From an uncultured Pseudomonas sp. (GTDB lineage: Bacteria > Pseudomonadota > Gammaproteobacteria > Pseudomonadales > Pseudomonadaceae), in NCBI GenBank assembly GCA_966210435.1, contig CBIHLF010000024.1, positions 8,166 through 72,165 of the forward strand: a stretch of DNA of 64,000 nt. Reading direction: 5' to 3'. Shown here piece after piece: positions 55,914-64,000 of the stretch. The notes under the pieces were generated by a model, which was given only the letters and a program-made list of their open reading frames with translations, searched no databases and was not told the DNA's origin. A program made the position numbers and the translations under genes. Every line of letters begins with the position of its first letter. Positions within the stretch are counted from its first letter, which is position 1.

Positions 55914-56711
55914 TCAGTTGGGCATCAGACGCGCTACATCGATGCGCCGCCAGCGTGCTTCGGCCAGGCTGTACAAGGCGAACGCCAATAAGCCAAGACC
56001 AATGGTCAGCAATAGCCAGGTGCCTGCGGGCATGCTCTGCAGTGCTTGCAGGACTTGCTTGAGCCCCGGGGGATCGGTCGGTTGGTAATTGTGCGCGCCG
56101 GAGAATAACAGCGCCGCGATGATCAAAAAGGCGCATCCGCGGGTCAACAGGCCAATGCGGGAAATGGGGCGAACCCAGCGCATGATCCGCTCATCGGCTT
56201 GAAAATAGCGCTGGAAATTGGCCCTCCAGGCTTTGATCAAGTGCGCCAGGCCGACGCCCAAGGGCACCAGCGCCATCGCCTGTACCAGCAAGTTGGCATA
56301 TTCCCAGCCCAGCATTCGCTGCAGGCTGTCCTTGCCGCCCTCGCTTGCGCTATCGGACAGGGTGATCAGCAGGCTCAGGGCGAATAGCGCCAGAAGCCCA
56401 TGCACCACTGCGCTGCCGATCAGCCCGGCGCGAATCAGCAAGCCCTTGGCATCGCCGCCATGACCATCGGTATCGCCGATGGCCTGGGTCAGGCGCCAGG
56501 CACTGAAGGAAAACAACCCGAGCGAGATGATCAACAGCAGCACCTCACCGAAGCTTTCGCCAAGAATCTTGCGCATCGCCCCTTCGCTATCGACCGCCTG
56601 GCCCGCACCCAGGGCGGCACTGATGGCGAAGAAGCCGACAATCACATACACGGCTCCACGCGCCGCATAACCACTGCGTGCCAGCCACGTAACAGCACGA
56701 TTAACCGTCAT
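55914..56711 (-). CDS. DUF1206-domain membrane protein (265 aa)
   Basis: Trimmed to MTVNRAVTWLARSGYAARGAVYVIVGFFAI. Three repeats of a paired-TM unit (ARGAVYVIVG / IRAGLIGSAVVHG / LLTRGCAFLIIA). Confidence 0.7.
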   Translation of the reverse strand: MTVNRAVTWLARSGYAARGAVYVIVGFFAISAALGAGQAVDSEGAMRKILGESFGEVLLLIISLGLFSFSAWRLTQAIGDTDGHGGDAKGLLIRAGLIGSAVVHGLLALFALSLLITLSDSASEGGKDSLQRMLGWEYANLLVQAMALVPLGVGLAHLIKAWRANFQRYFQADERIMRWVRPISRIGLLTRGCAFLIIAALLFSGAHNYQPTDPPGLKQVLQALQSMPAGTWLLLTIGLGLLAFALYSLAEARWRRIDVARLMPN

Positions 56712-56855
56712 TGCAAGGCCCTCGTTATGGTTGTTGTAGGTATAGGGATAGAGGCGCAAGCGCATACGGGAGTTCAGGTAGCCGGCCAATGGCGGGGGGC
56801 AGTGGCGGTGCAGCGCTTTCTCGCGCGCTCTGGCATCCTGCAGAAAAAACCAGGG

Positions 56856-57734
56856 ATGTCCGTTATGAACACCAACCCAAGTCCGGTCCAGGTGCCGCTG
56901 CTACTCGGCATGATGCGCCTGCACGATTATCCCGAGCTGGCCACGCCGCAGACGCTGTTGGCTTTTATCGAGCGCTGTGTGGAGCGCGGGTTGCATGCCT
57001 TCGACCACGCCAATATCTACGGCCTGGGCAGCTGCGAAGCGCGTTTCGGCGACGCCTTGCGCCTCAGGCCGCAATTGCGCGGGCAGCTGCAGTTGATCAG
57101 CAAGGCCGATATTGTCCTGGCCCCGCAGGATGTTTCACGTTGGCAGGTCAAACACTACGACAGCAGCGCGGCGCACCTGCGCGATTCGCTCGATGCGTCG
57201 CTCAAGCGTCTTGGGGTCGAGCGCCTGGACGGCTTTCTGCTGCACCGCCCCGACCCGCTGATGCAGGCCGAGGAAACCATTCGCGTGCTGCAGGACATGC
57301 TCGACAGCGGCAAGGTCGGCTGGCTCGGCGTGTCCAACTTCCTGCCGTTGCAGTGGCAGCAGCTGGCGCGCGAGTTACCGCTGCGTTGTAACCAGATCGA
57401 GCTGTCGCTGCTGGCCCAGGACGCGGCCTGGGATGGCCAGTTGCAGGCACTGCAGGGCGCCGGTTTGCAGGCGCTGGCCTGGTCGCCGTTCGCCGGCGGA
57501 GCCTTTCCGGTGGCCTTGCAGCAAGCGTTGGAGACGGTTGCCGACACGCTCGGCGCCACTGCCGATCAGGTTGCGCTGGCCTGGTTGCGGCGCTTGCCCG
57601 GCGAGCCCGTGCCGATCATCGGCAGCTTGCGCTGGTCGCGTATCGAAAATGCCCTGGCGGGGGCGCAGCTGCATTTGGATGCGCCGACCTGGTTCCATCT
57701 GGCCCAGGTCGCGCGCGGCCACGAAGCGCCCTAA
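56856..57734 (+). CDS. aldo/keto reductase family oxidoreductase (about 292 aa)
   Basis: The track ORF 56400..57734 has a long spurious N-extension. The start is ATG 56856 (MSVMNTNP) or ATG 56865. AKR motifs FDHANIYG, LDGFLLHRPD, LGVSNF. Confidence 0.75.
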   Translation: MSVMNTNPSPVQVPLLLGMMRLHDYPELATPQTLLAFIERCVERGLHAFDHANIYGLGSCEARFGDALRLRPQLRGQLQLISKADIVLAPQDVSRWQVKHYDSSAAHLRDSLDASLKRLGVERLDGFLLHRPDPLMQAEETIRVLQDMLDSGKVGWLGVSNFLPLQWQQLARELPLRCNQIELSLLAQDAAWDGQLQALQGAGLQALAWSPFAGGAFPVALQQALETVADTLGATADQVALAWLRRLPGEPVPIIGSLRWSRIENALAGAQLHLDAPTWFHLAQVARGHEAP

Positions 57735-57741
57735 ACGCCTG

Positions 57742-58719
57742 TTAATGGCGGCGTAAACCCAGCACGCCGAGACCGACCACCAGCGCCGCGACCACCCCGA
57801 CTGCGAGCAAGGGACGGGTGGTTCTCGCCCTTTCCGCGCGCCAGCCGCCATCCACGCGTCGCTCGGCGTGCGCCGGCTCGAACAGGTTGCCGGATGACGG
57901 GTCGCAGGTTTGTGCCCGGCGTATCGCTTCGCCGGTCAGCTTGCCCGACAACCGTTCGAAATGCGGCACGAGAAAGTGCATCAGCCGCAGCAGCGAGGCG
58001 CTGGCGCCGACGGTGACCGTCGGTTTCGGGTGCAAGGCCAGACGCACCATGGCCTCGGCCACTTCGCGCGGGTCGATCACCGGTGGCGGTGGAGCCATCC
58101 TGTGACCACTGTAATTACCGCTGTCGCGAAAGCCCGGGGTATCGACCACCGCCGGGTAGATATCGCACACATGGATGCCCGGCCAGTCGGTCAGCTCGCC
58201 GCGTAGCGCCTCGGTGAAACCGCGCAGCCCATATTTCGCCGCGGAATAGGCACTGGCGAAGGGTTGCGCCACCCAACTGCCGACCGACAGGGTATTGATC
58301 AGCACGCCGCAGCCCTGGGCCTTGAAGTAGGGCATGACGCCGTGGGCGCCGCGCAGATAGCCGAGCAGGTCGGTCTGGATCACCTGTTCGTGGGCACGCA
58401 ACGGCGTCTTGTCGAAACTGCCCAGGGCGCCGACGCCGGCGTTATTGATCCACACGTCGATTCGCCCTTCGCCGAAGTCGGCGGCGGCCTCGACCAGATC
58501 CAGCACCGCCTGGTTATCGGTCACATCGGTCGGTACCGCCGTGGCGTCGGCGCCCTGCTGCATGCATTCGGCGACCACCTGATCGAGGGCGTCGGCGTCG
58601 CGCGCCGCCAATACCAGCTTCGCACCCCGTTGGGCAAAAGCGTTGGCGGCCGCGCGACCGATGCCGCTGGATGCGCCGGTCACCACCACCAGCGCGCCTT
58701 GCAGTGATTCCATCGTCAT
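57742..58719 (-). CDS. SDR-family oxidoreductase with C-terminal membrane anchor (325 aa)
   Basis: TGASSGIGRA cofactor motif and the YSAAKYGLRG catalytic motif. C-terminal hydrophobic LLAVGVVAALVVGLGVLGL. GAGGAGG SD site 8 nt upstream. Confidence 0.8.
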   Translation of the reverse strand: MTMESLQGALVVVTGASSGIGRAAANAFAQRGAKLVLAARDADALDQVVAECMQQGADATAVPTDVTDNQAVLDLVEAAADFGEGRIDVWINNAGVGALGSFDKTPLRAHEQVIQTDLLGYLRGAHGVMPYFKAQGCGVLINTLSVGSWVAQPFASAYSAAKYGLRGFTEALRGELTDWPGIHVCDIYPAVVDTPGFRDSGNYSGHRMAPPPPVIDPREVAEAMVRLALHPKPTVTVGASASLLRLMHFLVPHFERLSGKLTGEAIRRAQTCDPSSGNLFEPAHAERRVDGGWRAERARTTRPLLAVGVVAALVVGLGVLGLRRH

Positions 58720-58837
58720 TTCCGTTCCTCCTCAGGAAGTCTGATCAAAAAGGCTGAACATTCCATTCGGTGGACCATGGCGATGGCGGATTAATTCGGG
58801 CGAAGCGCTGGATGAACCGGCGCCGCGACAAGCCCTC

Positions 58838-60070
58838 TCAGTGCAACGGGCTGGCCGGGTAGTGGCGACGGCGGGTAGCCTGCATCTGCGCCTGCTTATC
58901 CAGGCGTGCGGTAATTTCCTCCAGCGTCGCCAGCAACGGCCGTTGACCGTGCAACATGGGCTTCAGGCGGGTCTGGAACAGCGCCCAGAAGCGTTTCATC
59001 TCCGGCAGGTCGGGCATGATTTCACCGCGGGCGGCGGAGTTGTAGGTGTGGGCGATCAACGGGTCCTGTTGCAGGGTTTGCAGCAGTTGCAGATTGGCCA
59101 CCGCGCCGAGCGGCTTGTCGGCATCGATGCTGCGCAGCCCGTCGGCGCTGGTCAGGTAATCCTCGAGAAAGCGCTGGGCCTGCTGCTTGTTGGGACTATG
59201 CGCATTGATCGCCGCCGCGACTATGCCGACAAAGGGTTTGCCCGGCTGCTCGGCGCTGATGCCGGGCACGTAGTCGATGGCGAAGCGGATATTCGCGGCG
59301 CGCAGCTCGTTCCACACCCAGGGGCCATTGATGATCATGCCCACCTCGCCGGCCTTGAAGCCGTTCATCATGCTCTCGTAGCTCGCATCGCGCGCCAGTA
59401 CGCCGCTGTCGAGCAGGCTGCGGATCTGCTCGAAACCGGCAATGGCGCCGGCATTGGCGATGCCCGAGTCGGCGAGATCATATAGACCGTCGCGTTTGTT
59501 CAGGCTGTAGCCGCCGCTGCCGGCGATCAGTGGCCAGGAGAAGTACAGGTTGCTGTAATCCCATTCGATGGCGCGCTTGCCCCGGGCGCGCAGACGGCGA
59601 TCCAGTTCGATCACCTCGGCCCAAGTGTGCGGCGGCTCCGGCACCAGGTCCTGGTTGTAGATCAGGCTGACCACTTCGGTGGACAGCGGGTAGCCATAGA
59701 TGCGTTTGGCCACGCTTACCGCTTCCCAGGCGAACGCGGGAGCACGTTGCAAGGCCTCCTGGCCGGGCGTGACGCTGGCGAGCAGGCCGGCATTGATCCA
59801 GGAACCGAAGCGGTCATGGGCGAAAATCACGATATCCGGACCTTTGGCGGTGCCGGCTTGGCGGTCGTAGCGAGCAGCCAAGTCTTCCGGGGTGGCGACC
59901 TTAACCAGGATGCCTGTGTCGGCCTGGAAGCGTTTACCGACCTCGGCAATGCCGTTGAAGCCCTTGTCCTGGCTGACCCAGACCAACAGCGTGTCGCGTT
60001 CGAAAGCCCAGGCGGAGCCGCTCAGGCAGAACAGCAGCGACAGGGCCCCGGCCTTTAGCAAAGCGTTCAT
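58838..60070 (-). CDS. malE: maltose/maltodextrin-binding periplasmic protein (MalE-like SBP, 410 aa)
   Basis: Trimmed to MNALLKAGALSLLFCLSGSAWA. LVWVSQDKGFNGIAEVGKRFQADTGILVKV...GPDIVIFAHDRFG parallels the E. coli MalE N-terminus ([31 protein letters not shown]...GPDIIFWAHDRFG, from memory). Confidence 0.8.
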   Translation of the reverse strand: MNALLKAGALSLLFCLSGSAWAFERDTLLVWVSQDKGFNGIAEVGKRFQADTGILVKVATPEDLAARYDRQAGTAKGPDIVIFAHDRFGSWINAGLLASVTPGQEALQRAPAFAWEAVSVAKRIYGYPLSTEVVSLIYNQDLVPEPPHTWAEVIELDRRLRARGKRAIEWDYSNLYFSWPLIAGSGGYSLNKRDGLYDLADSGIANAGAIAGFEQIRSLLDSGVLARDASYESMMNGFKAGEVGMIINGPWVWNELRAANIRFAIDYVPGISAEQPGKPFVGIVAAAINAHSPNKQQAQRFLEDYLTSADGLRSIDADKPLGAVANLQLLQTLQQDPLIAHTYNSAARGEIMPDLPEMKRFWALFQTRLKPMLHGQRPLLATLEEITARLDKQAQMQATRRRHYPASPLH

Positions 60071-60106
60071 ATATAGGTTCTCGCAATGACAGGCCGGCAT
60101 GAGCTG

Positions 60107-60139
60107 CCTCACCCCCGGAAGAGGGGGCCGGGGGTGAGG
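60107..60139. promoter_or_regulatory. perfect 12-bp inverted repeat CCTCACCCCCGG-N9-CCGGGGGTGAGG between malM and malE
   Basis: Read directly. Each arm read 5'-3' contains GGGGGTGAGG, a 9/10 match to the E. coli MalT box GGGGA(T/G)GAGG. It lies 37-69 nt upstream of the malE ATG. Confidence 0.4.
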
Positions 60140-60190
60140 GCAGCGTTGCCGGCTTTGGTAGATGGCGAAAGAGCGTCGCCAGCCCAACCA

Positions 60191-61111
60191 TCACTTGATC
60201 TGAATACGCTCAAGCAGATAAGCCTTGGCGCTCAGGTCGCCGACCCGCTCGGCTTCGTCGGCCAGGCGCAGGGCGCGCGACAGGTCCTGGCTCGCCAATG
60301 CCGCGTCTATGCCCTGGCGGTAATAAGCCTGGGTTTCCGGCAGCACGGCGGGCGCCGGCACCGAGGGCACGGTGTTGCCCATGGTCTGGCCGATGCTGTA
60401 GGGCGGCACATAGGTGTTGGCGGTTTGCCCGGCGATCTTGTCTTCGATCAGCACCATCTTCAGCACGCCCACCGGCGCGTGCTTGACCACCGGGTCGGGA
60501 ATATTCGGTGGCTGGTTACCCAGGGCGCGGGCATAGGCCTTGGCCGGGTGTTCGATCACGGTCTGGCCGCTCATCTGCTCGGCCGAGCTGTACAGCACCA
60601 GGTAGTGCTCATTGCCGGGGTTGTCTTTATACAGACGGTCGACGCGCAGACGGGCGTCGAGGCTGTCGCTTTTCAGGCCGGCGGCCGGGGCGTAGACGAA
60701 GTCCTCCGCGCCGAGCAGGCGGGTGACCCGGTACTGGCTGTCGAGCAGCATGGCGTTGGGCGCCAGCACCGTATCGCCGGCCTGGCTGTACAGGCGGATC
60801 TCGAAGGATTTGCTGTCGGCAGGCAACTGAAAGGCGCGGAAGAAACTCTTGCCGCTATCGAATTCGAACGCTGGGGCATTCTCGTCAATTAGCACCTCGC
60901 CGCTGAAGTCGGCGCCGATGCGGGTAAAGGGCAGGTCGCGCAGGTTGGCGCAGCAGGAGGGCGCGATATCCAGGCGATGCTGCGCTTGGCTAACCGACGC
61001 CTGCAGCGGCGCCGGGCTGGCATTCAGTGCATCGAAGCGGCGTAACGGTTCGCTGGCGCAACCGGCGAGCATCAGGCCGAGCAGGCACAGGGAAAGTTTG
61101 TATGGCGTCAT
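60191..61111 (-). CDS. malM: MalM-family periplasmic (lipo)protein (306 aa)
   Basis: Trimmed to MTPYKLSLCLLGLMLAGCAS. Located immediately downstream of lamB, as in the E. coli malK-lamB-malM operon. The family call rests on position and overall features. Confidence 0.65.
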   Translation of the reverse strand: MTPYKLSLCLLGLMLAGCASEPLRRFDALNASPAPLQASVSQAQHRLDIAPSCCANLRDLPFTRIGADFSGEVLIDENAPAFEFDSGKSFFRAFQLPADSKSFEIRLYSQAGDTVLAPNAMLLDSQYRVTRLLGAEDFVYAPAAGLKSDSLDARLRVDRLYKDNPGNEHYLVLYSSAEQMSGQTVIEHPAKAYARALGNQPPNIPDPVVKHAPVGVLKMVLIEDKIAGQTANTYVPPYSIGQTMGNTVPSVPAPAVLPETQAYYRQGIDAALASQDLSRALRLADEAERVGDLSAKAYLLERIQIK

Positions 61112-61248
61112 GGTGACCTCGTTGGGCTCGTATGGAAAAGGCCCCGGCCGGAGCAGGCCGGGGTGAAAGCCCACAGGAGCAGCGTGGAAGTTGCGTTGTA
61201 TCGATGCGGCGTCAGGAACCTCAACTGGCTCCTAGACGCCGCAACCGA

Positions 61249-62550
<1,302 letters not shown>

Positions 62551-62694
62551 TCAGGGCGCTGCCAGCCGAACCCTTGGTGGCCGTACGGTGGGGAAGCCAT
62601 TCCGAGGTCAGCGCTGCACGAAGAGTGGAGATCGGCGCTTTTCGCCACATCCTCCCAGCTATGTTTTTTCGAGGCGGAGCCTTGGGGCGTAGTC

Positions 62695-62704
62695 GGGGAG
62701 GAGG
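62695..62704 (+). promoter_or_regulatory. exact MalT-box consensus GGGGAGGAGG in the lamB/amyP divergent intergenic region
   Basis: 10/10 match to GGGGA(T/G)GAGG. Weaker copies: minus strand at about 62647-62656 (TGGGAGGATG, 8/10) and plus strand at 62764-62773 (GGGGAGGTAT, 7/10). Confidence 0.4.
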
Positions 62705-62938
62705 GCCGAGCTCTGGCCGGCAAGCGCGTTACGCCTGGCCACTACGCCTGTAAAAAAAGCTTTGGGGAGGTATTGCGCGGCGGCGTGGGGGGGCAGGCTG
62801 CAAGGGTCGGCGCATGCGCCGCAGTGGCCTCGTCATCCAGGGGGAAACACGCCGTAAGTCGAGCGCAGCAGCTTTTCAACGGTCTGATCACCCGCAGTCG
62901 GATGCTCTCAACAACAATTACAAGAGTGGAGCGACACG

Positions 62939-64000
62939 ATGAAAAACCTGTTCAAACCTGCCCGCCTGGCATTGGCGGTTTCTTCCCTGCTGTTCACCCT
63001 GGGCGCCGCCCAGGCCGCCGACCTGGCCGGCAAAAGCCCGGCCGGCGTGCGTTATCACGGCGGCGACGAAATCATCCTGCAGGGCTTTCACTGGAACGTG
63101 GTGCGCGAAGCGCCGAACAATTGGTACAACACCTTGCGCGACATGGCGCCGACCATCGCCGCCGATGGCTTCAGCGCAATCTGGATGCCGGTACCCTGGC
63201 GCGATTTCTCCAGCTGGAGCGACGGCGCCAACTCCGGCGGTGGCGAAGGCTATTTCTGGCACGACTTCAACAAGAACGGCCGCTACGGCAGCGATGCCCA
63301 GCTCAAACAGGCCGCTGGCGCCTTGAACAATGCCCAGGTCAAGGTGCTCTACGACGTGGTGCCCAACCATATGAACCGCGGTTACCCGGACAAGGAAATC
63401 AACCTGCCGGCCGGCCAGGGCATGTGGCGCAACGACTGCGCCGACCCCGGCAACTACCCCAATGACTGCGACGACGGCGACCGCTTTATCGGTGGCGATG
63501 CCGACCTCAATACCGGCAACCCGCAGGTCTATGGGATGTTCCGCGACGAGTTCGCCAACCTGCGCAACAACTACGGCGCCGGCGGTTTGCGTTTCGACTT
63601 CGTCCGCGGCTACGCCGGCGAGCGGGTCGACAGCTGGATGAGTGCGGCCAACGACGATGCCTTCTGCGTTGGCGAGTTGTGGAAGGCGCCGGGCGAATAC
63701 CCGAGCTGGGATTGGCGCAGCGGCGCCAGCTGGCAGCAGGTGCTCAAGGACTGGTCGGACCGCGCCAAGTGCCCGATCTTCGACTTCGCCCTCAAGGAAC
63801 GCATGCAGAACGGTTCCATCGCCGACTGGAAAAACGGCCTCAACGGCAACCCCGATGCGCGCTGGCGCGAGGTGGCGGTGACCTTCGTCGACAACCACGA
63901 CACCGGCTATTCGCCAGGGCAGAACGGCGGGCAGCATCATTGGCCGTTGGCCGATGGGCTGATCAAACAGGCCTATGCCTACATCCTCTCCAGCCCCGGT
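62939..64000 (+). CDS. amyP: glucan 1,4-alpha-maltotetraohydrolase (maltotetraose-forming exo-amylase, GH13); 5' part only, continues beyond the window end
   Basis: Not in the ORF track because it runs off the edge. My translation from ATG 62939 reads MKNLFKPARLALAVSSLLFTLGAAQAADLAGKSPAGVRYHGGDEIILQGFHWNVVREAPNNWYNTLRDMAPTIAADGFSAIWMPVPWRDFSSWSDG...VKVLYDVVPNHMNRGYPDKEINLPAGQG...GGLRFDFVRGYA...FCVGELWK...VTFVDNHDTGYSPGQNGGQHHW. This closely matches the P. stutzeri/saccharophila G4-amylase sequence as I remember it. Confidence 0.9.
   Translation, partial: MKNLFKPARLALAVSSLLFTLGAAQAADLAGKSPAGVRYHGGDEIILQGFHWNVVREAPNNWYNTLRDMAPTIAADGFSAIWMPVPWRDFSSWSDGANSGGGEGYFWHDFNKNGRYGSDAQLKQAAGALNNAQVKVLYDVVPNHMNRGYPDKEINLPAGQGMWRNDCADPGNYPNDCDDGDRFIGGDADLNTGNPQVYGMFRDEFANLRNNYGAGGLRFDFVRGYAGERVDSWMSAANDDAFCVGELWKAPGEYPSWDWRSGASWQQVLKDWSDRAKCPIFDFALKERMQNGSIADWKNGLNGNPDARWREVAVTFVDNHDTGYSPGQNGGQHHWPLADGLIKQAYAYILSSPG

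Overview
High-GC chromosome segment with clear Pseudomonas core-genome synteny. From memory, the gene order matches P. aeruginosa PA0743-PA0783: valine/isobutyryl-CoA catabolism, ung, tctCBA-opdH/tctDE, ygfZ, sdhE-ygfX, nadB, algU-mucABCD, lepAB, rnc-era-recO-pdxJ, cmoBA, icp, a pruR-like regulator and putAP. The 3' end carries a maltotetraose-forming exo-amylase (amyP) next to lamB-malM-malE, which points to the P. stutzeri/saccharophila group. I call 61 CDS, two of them truncated by the window edges. I found no rRNA, tRNA, CRISPR array, transposase, integrase or phage genes. The ORF track renders GTG/TTG starts as M (for example 22045 GTG, 33561 TTG, 45600 TTG), and many track ORFs carry spurious N-terminal extensions. 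I trimmed these to the start that fits a signal peptide, a known N-terminus or a Shine-Dalgarno site. Non-coding content includes REP-type palindromes, several intrinsic terminators, two AlgU(sigmaE)-type promoters upstream of algU, and candidate operator repeats. Most of the window is ordinary housekeeping DNA. The best candidate for something undescribed is a translationally coupled four-gene envelope operon at 40050-44332. It encodes an amicyanin-like cupredoxin, a periplasmic-sensor degenerate-GGDEF/EAL protein, a predicted outer-membrane barrel, and a lipoprotein-type truncated haemoglobin. This operon lies in a block, together with an HDOD gene pair and a DUF3422 gene, that separates the pruR-like gene from putA. 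Secondary points of interest are two tandem orphan binding-protein genes inside the valine operon, a D-amino-acid dehydrogenase/OCD pair next to putAP, an orphan-malE maltotetraose cluster with MalT-box-like sites, and a lipoprotein/chagasin-inhibitor/unknown membrane protein trio.
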